From: Saccostrea cucullata
Lineage: Eukaryota
DNA length: 64,000 nucleotides
Assembly: GCF_032062105.1 (NCBI RefSeq)
Contig: NW_026920828.1
Span: 186,001-250,000 of the forward strand
Direction: 5' to 3'
Position numbers and translations under genes: made by a program
The notes under the pieces: generated by a model
The model's database searches: none
Seen by the model: only the letters and a program-made list of their open reading frames with translations
What the model was told of the DNA's origin: nothing
Shown here: positions 12,271-23,677 of the stretch, piece by piece
Numbering within the stretch: the stretch's first letter is position 1
How the letters are laid out: each line of letters starts with the position of its first letter

Positions 12271-15200
12271 TGTTATCAATCTACAAACCAAAAAAAAAAA
12301 ATTATTAATTATCATTAAGTTACAATGGTGAAAATTTGCATTTATTTTGGTTCCAAAGGAAGATTAAATTCAAAATTCCAATTAATAATTAATTTGTTCA
12401 AATATATAACAAATGAATTTTTGATGTATATATGGCTTTATGATTATCATTTTTTTTTTACTACGATGCAAAACTGACATAGGTACATGTATGTGTATTA
12501 ATTATTTTCTAAATTTATTGTTCATTCAAATAAGTAGTAATAAAATGTATATCAAGAAAAAAATGAAACTGCAAATAGGCCTAATAGTTCATTAAAAAAA
12601 AATGCATAAATTCAGCTGTCAATCAATTCTAATTATCTCTAACCATGCTAACAGTGTGCGTTCAGGCGTGAAGTGATTTCCTGTTACCCAGTGTAATTTT
12701 CACACCTTTCTGTGCATTACGTAAACAGAGGAGAGACTGGCTAATTTGCACGGTTTTTTCATGCTTCTTGTTCAAGGTCCGTGTTGAATGTTCTTTTGTT
12801 TATATTGGAGTTATCAATTTAATATAATGTAAAATATATCGAGTTGCTAGGTCCCCTGATTACCTAAAACATTATCTACAAGTATATTTATTTCTTGTAA
12901 AATACAGATATGGAGGAATTAATAATTTGAATTACGGATTTCGATTTAGACAAAAATAAAAAAACCCCTGAAATTTCACTGTTTTTTAAATACGGTGTTT
13001 AAATTTTAAGTTGTGGACCGACAGTCCACCTACTACAGAACGTTTGGTGGACCTTTCAATTTTTTGGTGGACTCGGGCCACCGGTCCACCGTTAGTGTCG
13101 AACCCTGTATACTTACTTACTTATCCTCTCCGTGCCTCGGAGGACGCATGAGGCCGTGTATATGGGTATTTTATGTCCTTCATATTGTACATGTACATGT
13201 ACAAAGATATACATATAGCATACAACAATGACAAATATTAAAAGGTTCTTATTGATATGTTGCCTCCATGTACTACATGTATAATACAGTACTCATTTGA
13301 ATATCTTATACCCATTTCTTAACAAATATATACTCCGCTATAAGTCAGTCTGCCTGTAAGTCGGTTGTACTTTTGAAGCTAATATTAGAGGGATTGACCT
13401 TTTAAAATACCAGTCTTTTAATAACTCGCCTATAAGTCAGACATAGAGTTTATGACCAAAGTTAAACTCCCCCAAATCTGACTTGTAGGTGAGTATATAT
13501 GGTATGTCTCACCTGAGCTTTGCGCTGCAATCGTAATATCTTGGACTGACGAACTTTCCCAGCCACTGGAACAGCAAGAGGTTTTCCATCTTTGAAGTTT
13601 GTCAAGATCAAAGCAATAGTTTGCAGTGTCTTTCCAAGACCCATGTCATCAGCCAGTATTCCTAGATTTAACAAATACATGTGTAAGATTACAAAAGTCT
13701 ACATTGTTTGTCGTTGTTGTTGTGGGATTTCATGTTTAAAATTAACTTCTAAATGAGACCTATTCCAACCTCCCAACACACTCTTTGGTTTAGTTTTGTA
13801 TACCTACCTCCACAAACACTCTTCGGCTTGGTTTTGGTTGTGAAGATCGTCACCGAGTTGAAGTACTGTCCATTCCTGTTCTCCCAGAAAGGCGGCAGTT
13901 GATTCCCGTTCTCTCTCTGAATCATCCAGTGTAGAGCCTGCTTCTGGTGTTTATACATAGCGCTGGATATCGCCTTCAAAAGAAATGTACTATCCATCGA
14001 TCCTGTGATTCACATTAATCTGTAGAGTTCACATTTTATAGGTTCATTGGAGCATGTTGTAAGTTGTTGTAACTTGTTTCAAAAACAGGGTCACTATGCT
14101 TATAAAGAACAATTTTACATTTTTTTTTTTAATATATTTTACAGCATAGGGAATGAGACTCAGAATGCTATGTTCTCCATAGGTTTAATGATTTGTTCAA
14201 AAGTTACAATTTAAGGAGATGTAAATTTATGGAAAGGTGAGCCACAAATTCCACAAAAATGATGATTCTGAAGTATTGTCAGAAAGATTTGATTGCCGAT
14301 ATCCAAGTCCTTAAGTTAAAATTTCTTTTTAATCAATCAATAAACAAAATATATTCAATGCCATTAAGCAGCCATCTTCAAATTTCTTCTAGTGTGCATT
14401 TATGAAACCAATTTACCAATATTCACTATTACACTGTACCTCTGTTGGCTCAGATGGGGTTGTTTTATCACCCTCATTCAAACTCTCAAACAATTTGTCA
14501 AGTTCATTCTTCACCTTTAAAAACAAAATCATTTTTTATCATTTATTAGCTTGGCAAAGTCAGTGTGGTAAGTCTTTTGCCACTTGTAGTGTTGGACATT
14601 AACATCAGTCAGTTATTAAGTCACAGACTAAATACTTTCTAAATAATAATATCTGTGGTTAACATGACCAGACAAATAAAAATTCTTGGTAAACAAAATA
14701 AACTACTGACATCTTATTTAAATGCATTTGAGCTTTCTAATTTCTTGGTGGGTATGTAGGCAATACAAAGTCAATTCGACCCTTACCTGTACAATATGAA
14801 GTGAAAATTTTAGTGATCATGATTTAGTGTAACACATATAAAAAAAAAAGATGCATGTTGGATGTAATGTACAAGGAAAAAGGAATAAGATTCAGGAATA
14901 AGATAAAACTTTCTGATCACAAGATTTCAAAGATTCTAATGAATTTGTGGAATAAAACACTCTGAAAATGTTTTTTTAATCTTTTTTTTCATTTCAAACA
15001 AAAGTATAAAAAGTTTAATGCAATAAAATGTCATTTTAATGAAGATAAATAAATAAAAGACAGCATTTTCTGTATAAAATGGTTTCTTCCCTCTTGACAT
15101 AAAATAAAGTTCTCAAGAAACCAAAAGTAAGCTAAAGACTGGACACTGCCACTATTACCTCTGCTGGCGTGAGGAATGTTCTCCTGTTTGACACCACTCC

Positions 15201-16735
15201 ATACATCATACCAGAACTGGGCCCTGGTGCTGAGGCCCCACCCATAGAACCACCGACCCCACCCACAGGATCGCTGGCTACCTTCATCTTGATACCACTT
15301 CTCTCTAGCCTGGCGATGGTTTGCTGCTTGTGTTCTGGTTTTCCCCAGAGAGTGATGTCTACAGGCATGCTGAACTGGTTCTGACTCCCAAACGGAACGA
15401 TCCTGTCATTTTTCATAACAATGAAATCAATTTACCTTCTTTTAACTTTAAAATTTTGATATTTCACTTTACAATTTTTTGTACAAGCATCAGATGTTTA
15501 ACTTTAAGTATCTTCTTGGCTGGTTAAGATTGTACATTTTTTCTTTATATTTCTTGATCATAACAGAATAAGTTACCCCTCTAATCTGGCCCAACCACTG
15601 TCCATAATTGGTGCTAAAGCTGCAGCCAGCTCTCGTTTAATGTGTCCTACTTGTTGACGGACAACATTGACCACTTTTATGGCATTTCTATCAAACCTAT
15701 TTTGTGGTTCTCTCTCCAAAGCCACCATTTCATTATTGTTCACCTAGAAGTAAAATCATCAGTCTAAGGCCTAAAATAAAATTAAGTTTGCAGTTGCCTA
15801 CCGACCCACTGAAAATGCACCCGACCCAAACTTTTTTTTTAGCCATTTGGTAATTTTTTTTTTTTTTTTCAATTTTTCAGAATATTGAAACAGTTTCGTT
15901 TTCAAATTTTGACACATTTTTTATCAACCAGTGGTTTATAACAAGAGGTGAGCTTATTCATGTCTAGTAGGTGTATGAAAACCTCTTTTATTTGTTATCT
16001 AACAAAAATCTGATTTTTTTTTCAAAAAAAAAAAGAATTATAATGCCTACCTACACCCAGTCTAAAAATTACAGGTCGGCAACTGCAAACACAGAATTTT
16101 TTAAGCTTGGCCTAATACAGTGTGTCAAACAATATTCCAGCACTAAAATAAGAGGGGACATTAAAACCAGAGGACAAGGTCTCAAGTTCCACCCTGATTA
16201 CAATATAACAGGGGGAAACCCACTGGATCTGGCTCACAGGGACAACTCTGGTTTTTAACTAGTATTATTAAAGTTATGCAATATTCCATAGAAAGGTTAT
16301 CTATTTCTAAGACTGTTATAAAATAATTTGTAAATGATAAACTTACGATTCCTGTATAATACCGAATCCCAACAATGTTACCACGGAGACTGCCGAACAG
16401 AATTTCATCATCCAAATAATCGTGACCCATCTCATCATCTGAATCCGAATCCGAGTCGGATTTGTTCCACGGATCATAGCGGTATGGCAGATAAAGCCAG
16501 GGGGCTCTCGCTTCTCTTTCGGTCATCCATAAGCGCTCAGCTCTCGGTTTTCTAGGACGCTTTCTCTGACGGGCCTGATAAAAGAAAAAATCCATATAAA
16601 GGCCTATATAGAGTTCACAAGTATGTTCTACACAAGTGTCATACTTAATGACATTAAACTTACTGGTTGAAATGTTGCCCGTGGAAATGAATTTCTGTTT
16701 GAATTCTGCCTGCTTGTCTGCTTAGTTCTTGCCAT
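1..16735 (-). CDS. HLTF: Helicase-like transcription factor (Rad5-family SNF2 ATPase with HIRAN and RING domains), multi-exon; 3' part lies beyond the left edge of the window
   Basis: GT-AG exons on the - strand: 16664-16735 (MARTKQTSRQ...), 16347-16574, 15577-15743 (HIRAN: VALEREPQNRFDRNAIKV..VGHI), 15159-15402, 14440-14514, 13808-13973 (YKHQKQALHWM), 13513-13661 (motif I GILADDMGLGKT), 10453-10663, 10005-10119, 9436-9515, 8565-9038, 6576-6818, ~6123-6242, ~5873-5921, ~5708-5759, ~5176-5246, 4695-4751, 4358-4455 (ATLIVCPLSVLSNW), 4017-4160 (DIVLTTY), 3742-3874 (WLRIVLDEGH), 3356-3491 (GTPIQNSIKDLWSL), 2052-~2270 (middle garbled), 1093-1220 (LMRLRQMCCHP), 1-141 (SGSDEECAICLDSL, start of RING). 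These motifs closely match vertebrate HLTF. Phases between the 5176-5246 and 4695-4751 exons do not fully reconcile. Confidence 0.95.
1325..2090 (-). repeat. 48-bp minisatellite (~15 copies) made of an HLTF exon 3' end plus its 5' splice site
   Basis: Unit on the - strand: TACAAGGCCATGCAGAATGAAGGCAAAATCATTGTCAGTAG|GTAAGTG. Confidence 0.95.
2245..3177 (-). repeat. 66/69-bp minisatellite (~13 copies) made of an HLTF 3' splice site plus exon start
   Basis: Unit on the - strand: TATAATACAATTTATATGCTGTATT(GGT)GCTGTAG|GCGTGTTCAGCATTTAATGGGAGCCATCGCCCTG. Confidence 0.93.
6896..8541 (+). mobile_element. Non-autonomous Helentron-type (HINE/Pearl-like) element with an internal AAGGTCAAGGTCAAA tandem array
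   Basis: ATGCCCC motif near both ends, internal ~120/240-bp repeats, GACG/GAAG microsatellite and 3' hairpin ATGCCCCG..CGGGGCAT, followed by an A-run. Confidence 0.65.
10724..13107. mobile_element. TIR element (hAT-like CAGGG ends) containing a nested satellite-bearing element
   Basis: Perfect 17-bp TIRs CAGGGTTCGACACTAAC / GTTAGTGTCGAACCCTG; subterminal GGTGGAC motifs; no clean TSD. Confidence 0.75.
10986..12270 (+). mobile_element. HINE/Pearl-like element carrying ~6 copies of a 166-bp satellite (resembles oyster Cg170-type satellite)
   Basis: Start AACAAGAGGCCC..GCTCACCTGAG; period of exactly 166 (GATTTGAA at 11411, 11577, 11743, 11909); ACG/ACA microsatellite; 3' hairpin GCTCACTTGAGCC..GGCTCAGGTGAGC. 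Confidence 0.75.
13328..13498. mobile_element. Short degenerate MITE with TA-flanked inverted ends
   Basis: TATATACTCCGCTATAAGTCAG ... CTGACTTGTAGGTGAGTATATA imperfect inverted repeat. Confidence 0.4.
15768..16112. mobile_element. ~345-bp PIF/Harbinger-like MITE, copy 1
   Basis: GGCC termini with TAA 3-bp TSD; internal inverted GTTTGCAGTTGCC/GGCAACTGCAAAC; second copy at 20610-20956. Confidence 0.75.
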
Positions 16736-17031
16736 CTGAAAGATAGATAAAATTCTTTTTAAAAGATGAGCAAGAGGCCCATGATCAAGAGCCTTATAGG
16801 TCAACTGAGCATCATGCAACTTCTTTCCAACAATTTAATTTGGTTTATGTTATAAACCAGAGGTCATGGCATTTTCAATTTTGAAAGTGGCACCATTGCT
16901 CATCATAACTATACACTTAGCATATTTAGTTTGGTTACTAAATACTGGTACCCAGAGGCAGAGTAGGGTAACAAAAATTTATGCATTTCAAATTAATCAG
17001 TATAATATTCAACAATAATCAGTAGTGCCCC

Positions 17032-18132
17032 CCGTGATTGGAAAGGACATGCGCCACGAGCCATATTGGCGCCATGGTGCGCATTCACTTTTTAGCGATC
17101 TTATTTGAAAACATTTTGCGTATGATTTTCTTACTTGTTTTACTTTTGTTTTAAATGCAGTCAGTTTTAAAACTGCTTCCGGTTTAAGGAAACACCTAGA
17201 TTTGGTACATTACTACATTTATTTTTAGGGAAGGGTGGTGCTCAGTCCAAAGTTTGACATAATGTAATACAAAATACAGGTAAATTATATGCAATGCAGG
17301 TTCCATTAAGTTTTTGCAATGTATACAGGTGTCTCATTATATCGCGGTACTTAAATCTTTTGCATAAAAAAGTGTAATTTGATTTTTTAAATTTAACTGT
17401 CATCAAATGATATTAATAAAGCAAACTATGGCCTAACTTTTTAGTATCAAGTTATTTCCCAAGCTTGCATCATCTAAGTTGTACTCTATTTTTAAAACAG
17501 GAAGTCTCATTTACCTCCTAAATTGGAGAGTCTCATAGTATCGCGGTATGGGAAAACATGGAAACTTGAGGTTGACATGGACTTCAATTCTTATTTTCTA
17601 TTTTACCATGTAATTTTACATAAGAAAATAAACAATTATACAAACTAAAGACTTTCAAAACATGAACTTTATATGGATTTTATGCGTTTAATGTTACTAG
17701 ATTATAAACTCAGTGGGCTAAAATAATAAAAACGGAGACCGATTTCTGTAAAATTATGTTTTATTTGAATATTTTTTTTCCAACGCATTTTCCATAATTT
17801 TTAATCATCACAAAAATTTACATTCAGATGACAGACTGATATTTTTTTTCAACAAAAAGCATATGAGCAATGTATCTGATTTTTTCGGAATATACCGCGA
17901 TACAATGAAAAAAACCCGCGATATAATGAGAATCGAGTATATAAGTTAAAAATTAGATTCGGTTAATTAAAAACATGTTTTTTTTTATATTTCATATTTG
18001 TTAGTCATTTTTATTTCTTAAAATGGCCCCTTAGATTATAATGATGGCCCATTCATTTTCAAAATGGTCCATTGAAAATGTTGACAGTTGCGCCATGGTC
18101 CCATTTACCTTTTTGGGCTTCCCAAATCACTG
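17032..18132. mobile_element. hAT-like non-autonomous element, related to 33725-34283
   Basis: Ends (C)CGTGATTGGAAAG / CTTCCCAAATCACTG; shares ~100 bp (17078-17175) in inverted orientation with 34105-34200. Confidence 0.6.
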
Positions 18133-18421
18133 CCCCCACCCCACAGGAACCCCTGACCCTAGGTCCACACACTTCATAAAAATATCATTGGAAAGTAGCT
18201 CTTAATTGCTGTTACTTACAAATATAGCAATTATTCAGAATTCAACTCTAACTGCTAGTGCTGTCTGTGCATACTATAGCAGTTCTGTTGCATATAATTT
18301 CCTTAATTTTCGGATTAAAATGCATTTACGTGCCTTTAAAATCCATTTCCTAATCACGCACACAAAACACCTTTAAAAATAACCCAGTTTGTAACATGTA
18401 ACTTGCATATTAATAAGATAC

Positions 18422-18490
18422 CTTCTTCGATATTCCAATGCCGCCCTTTTCACTGCTGCAGCAGTTTTTGATGTTTCGCGCGAATTTTTC
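18422..18490 (-). other. HLTF: Probable non-coding first exon (5' UTR) of HLTF
   Basis: GAAG|GTATCT donor at 18421 on the - strand, no ATG in the exon, CpG-containing. The coding ATG at 16735 directly follows a TTTCAG acceptor, so an upstream UTR exon is required. Confidence 0.55.
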
Positions 18491-18726
18491 AAAAGTTAAG
18501 TCAAGAAAAGAAATTTCGATTCGATTACATAAATTTTTCAAATCAACTAATTCATGATATTATTTTTGTTGTTTGAAAATGCATACAATCGAAATTTTAC
18601 TATTTAATTTGATTGACGAAAACGGAAAAATAGACACTGAAAATTATGCTTGCAATGTTTCCATTTAGTTTTAATCTAGAATAAGCACGACTTATCTACT
18701 AATGTCCCGACGTGGCTAAATCCAAG
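18490..18726. promoter_or_regulatory. Bidirectional promoter between HLTF (-) and ACBD3 (+)
   Basis: Head-to-head first exons only ~250 bp apart, locally CpG-rich. Confidence 0.6.
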
Positions 18727-21700
18727 ATGGCAGACGCCGAACAGTCGCTTGTGAATGGTGTCACCAATTTAAGTGTTAATGACAATGATAAGGGCAAAGA
18801 GGGCGGAGATGAATTTGCAAAAGGCTGGGGATTTAGTCTCCCCGAGCTCTACAAACTTGCTGTTCGATTTTTTAAAGGTACTATATCTATACATTGACAA
18901 TATCAGATTCGCTTTTGACTCTAACCCGGTTAACCCCTCTCGGGTAAAATAAATGGCAAGAAATCTGTGATTCAGGCTGTAGACAATAGTTAATCATTAA
19001 GGTGTGATTTTATTCATGGAAATCAGAAACATGCATTTACAAATGTAGGGCTTAAACTCTCTCAAACTAATACATGCAGGTCCAGTATACCACAATCTCT
19101 TGATTTAGCTATACTAAGATAGCTTGATTTAGCCTTTTCATCACCTTTTTTTCTTAAATGTGTTAATTTCTCTGCATGTATAAAAAGTCACATCTTGGTA
19201 CAGTGGTGATATACACTTTTGAATTCCTCTGAAAATAATGCACAGTCTTTGACAAATCCCACGAGTCCGATGCCTGGGACCTGGTAAAGTTGGAAGTACG
19301 CTTGTGAAAACTGCACACTTACAAGCCAAAAGGGCATGTAAATATAGAGGATTATCCTTCATATTGTTTAATATGACGTACTTTCACTTTTGATTTGAAT
19401 GAAGAATTCATTCATAGGATGTTTCATTTACATGAAGTAGTGATGGAACGATTGTCGGCGACAATCGATTGTCGGTCGTTAGAAGCTCTTCGATGCTACT
19501 AATCGATTATAAAATAAATGTCGCCGACATCGCTAACAAATAATAAAATTGTCATACTTTAATTTTATTACCAAATCCAAGTGCAAAGAGCATAAAAGTA
19601 GTGATGAATGTTGAAAACATGGAAGGATCCCGTGTCTTGTTGATACTTTTACCGCCATGATTAAATATGGGGTTAGACTAATACCAGGAAACGGTAATAT
19701 TGCAAGTAAAGGAAAACATAATTAGTCTAGTCAATCTTTAAACGTAATTATAACCATAAATACAAGTCTAACTTCTGGATAATTACTTTTACAACTTGCA
19801 ATTTTAACTAATTAAAACTAATTTTAAGAAATAAATACGTACATGTATTTAAATGAAAGGTGGGGCTGATATCAGTAAAATACCCATTGCATGGACTTTA
19901 TAAAAAAAAAATAAATTCCCATTCTGTTTCAATAGTCTTATATTGTTTAAAGTAAACACAATACTATTTTCCACTTTTTAAAAAAGAAATTTCATTAACA
20001 TTTTTTAATATTTTATGTAAGTAAATGATTTTTTTGTAAAAGTCTGACAGAAATCTGAATAAGTTTTAACTTTTCTATATTAATTTCATTAAAGTTCAAA
20101 ATTTCGATTATAATCGATTATTAATCGATTATGCCCAGTCGATTATTACCGATAATCGATTATGATTTTTTCCCGATTCCCCATCACTAACATGAAGTAC
20201 ATAAAAATTAAATGACAGTAATATGTTGACGGTGGGATCATTTGTGCGAGCGCAGATATTTAATATACCCCACACAACAAGTTGCAGGAGGTATAATGTT
20301 TTTTACCCTTCCATCAGTCAGTCAGTCCATCAGTCCTGTTTTTTTTTTTTTTTTTTGTCAGCGCAACTCCTCATAAACCACTGCACAGAATTTCCTCAAA
20401 CTTTGCAGATATTTAGGACACAATGTGTAGATGTGCATATTACCAGGAAATTCTGATTCCTTAATTTTTTTCTGGGAATTTCTACACTTTTCAACTTAGA
20501 TTTTTGGCCATGCCTCGAATATAGAGATGAACAGTTTTTCAGTGCAATTCCTCTTAAACTGCAACACAGAATGTTGTCAAACTTTGCAGATATTTAGTAC
20601 AATGTGTGAGGCCAAGCTTAAAAAATTCTTTGTTTGCAGTTGCCGACCTATAATTTTTAGACTGGGTCGGTAGGTAGGCATTCTTTTTTTTTTTTTTTGG
20701 AAAAAAAATGGATTTTTGTTAGATAAGAAATAAAAGAGGTTTTCATAGACTTACTACACATGAATAAGCTCAACTCTTGCATTAAACCACTGACTGATAA
20801 AACAGAAGTCAAAATTTGAAAAAGATACAGTTTCAATATTCTGAAAAATTGAAAAAAAAAATTAAATTACAAAATGGCTAAGAAAAAAGTTTGGGTCGGG
20901 TGTATTTTCAGTGGGTCTGTCGGCAACTGCAAACAAACTTATTTTTATTTTAGGCCTGAAGATATGCATATTACCAGGAAATTCCCATTCCTATATTACA
21001 TGGAAATTCCCATTCTTTTATTTTTCCTGGCAATTTCAGCACTTGGAGTTTTGCGGGAGTCTGGGGTATGTGAGCTTGCTCACTTTTTCTTTCATATAGT
21101 TTTAAGTTAGACTGGGCTTGTCAAACAGCACGTGACATTTTGTGCATCTAGACTCTGACGTCAGATGAACTCATATGTAAGCTGCATTACTCTCACCAGA
21201 ACATATCTTTAACAAGCGATGCATTTTGGGTCCAGAGTAACTGTGGAAAAATATTAATTTGGAACAATATGCAAAGTCCAGATTTTCTCTTCGTCCAGGC
21301 ATTGCTTTAAGAGCTGCACCTACTACCAACACCAATATTAGTAAATATGCTTAAAATTTGTTCACCTAAAGTGAAGGAAAAAATGAAATTTTTCAACAGT
21401 TTATTCTGTTCCAATTACCAAGAAATGCTTTTGCATTGGAGTAAAACAAAGCCTACACCAGAACAATAACAGTGTGGCAATAGATCGATAAAAAATGATG
21501 AAATACATGATAAAATTCAGGGTATGTGAATATTTGTTCGGGCTACTGTAATTGGTAAGTAAACCTGCCGAAGGTGCCTTGGGCAGGTTCTGAAAAACAA
21601 GATTTGGTGAAGTTTCATTTCAACAGTTAGATTTGAATTTCAACCAACTACCCCAGTATTGTTGAATGAAATAGCTACAATACATGCCAACAGTTATTTT

Positions 21701-23646
21701 TTTTTATTTCAACCAATGATTGAATGAAGCAGCTGCAATGCATTTCAACAACTAGGTTTTCAAATGAACTTCCCAGCCTCCCCATTAAAAATAAAATGAT
21801 AATAAAATAAATGCAATAATCTTATGAACCTTTCAATTTATTTTTTATTCAGAGATAATGAGTTAATTAAATAAGAATATTTTGAAATTTGTAGAGAAAG
21901 ATGGGAAAGCTCTGAAGCTGACATACAAGGATAAACTTCGATTAGTGGCTTACACAAAGCAGGCTACCTACGGGAAGTACCGAAATGATGTCTCTCCGGA
22001 AGTCGGCTTCCTGGATGTCGTGGGGAATGATAGAAGGTAAGGAGAAATAAAGGGAAAAAACAAGAGACGGATAATTGAAATGGATAAACAACTATTGTTA
22101 TACCTTTGAAAATTTGTTCCTATACAAGATAGTGAGATGTTGGACTGGTCGATGAGATGTTGGACCGTTTACGTCACAGAATGGGCGGAGCGTAATCTCA
22201 TTTTTATTCGTTGGTGTTCAACACTGACAGATCTGAGGTTACATCAAGAAAGACAGTACAAAAACATGTGTCAAAAAAATAAAATGAAAGGTATAACAAA
22301 ACATTTATTGACTATGTTCTTGGGCAAAATGTGTTTTTTGTTGACCCTTGAACCAAAGTGTCCACCTTCGGCTTAACGGCCTCAGGCAGACAGTTTGGTT
22401 CTTGGGTCCTACAAAACATGTTGCCCTCAAACTCAGTCAATAAATGTATAATGTTAACCAAACTTAGGCTTTGACACAAGGAATCAAGATTCAATAAAGA
22501 GAGATTTTCTCTTTCCATGTGGAGATGATTTAATTTTTACATTTTTAATCCATTGCCAGTTTTAAAACTACTTGTACTTTGAAATTTTAAGTTCATTTTG
22601 TCTTTCATTTTCCAATTTATTCAAATGGGATTGCTCATATCAGCATCATTTCTTCTCCATGTAACTGTAATTTTTTGTAATGATTTCTCAAATGAAAATA
22701 AGGATAAGTTAATTGAGCCATTAAGTACCAAAAAGGGAAGTCAAATTTTTTACAAAGACATTTTTGGATAGTAATCTATTATGTATAGACAGTATAGGTC
22801 ATTACAACTAGTTCAAGAACAACCATAAAACAAAAATCTTCATCCAGACATCATTATACTTGTGTGGTTTAGTCCTTGTTATATTTTTAAGGAAACAATG
22901 TAGTCAAATATCTCTACAAACATTTCGTTATAAGAATAAAGTGATTATAAGTTCATCTTGTTTTAAGTATATAGGCTATAGAATGAAAAACCAAGTCCCC
23001 AATGGTGTTTTGAGTTCTTTGTTTCCTTCCAAAAATCTTGATTAATCTCTGTAATTAGTATCATATGTTTATCAGTCTGAAATTTGAATGTCAACATAAC
23101 AAATGTACTCCTTATCCCTATGTACATGTCTGTAAAAACAGACATCTGTACACACATCTGTGAATGTTTACAATATATATTGTAAGATGGATTGGTGACA
23201 ACTTTTTTTATGTCCATTAGTTTAAGTACCAATCCCAGTGAATGGTAAGTACAGCATCATTTACAGACATTGTATCCATGGTTACCATTTCCCAAACTCT
23301 ATATTGTAACTGGTCTGTCGCTGCTTATCAAGTTTTTTATAAATGTAGTGTAGTGCAAGTTTTACTGTTAATTACCAGGGTATTACAGTGTCTCTCCAGA
23401 TGATGATGAAAAGCACAAAAATTATTTAAAATAAATGAGAACACATTAAATAAGAATTCCTTTAATTTATTTCCATATGGGTGCAGTATTAGACATCTAA
23501 TTGGTTTAATTACATTAAGCTGGCTCTGCTTCCTCTCTTCTCATTCTGTGGTGCACCAAACACAAAATTTCATGTACCTCATTAGTATAGTGCATTGAGA
23601 ATATATCTTGAATATTATTAAAGCACAGCATTGCCTGGATTTTTTT

Positions 23647-23677
<31 letters not shown>

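Noticed and set aside
16628-16819. Histone H3 gene or pseudogene
   Set aside because: Similarity is limited to the first 8 residues, with no histone fold. The segment is a spliced exon in frame with HLTF.
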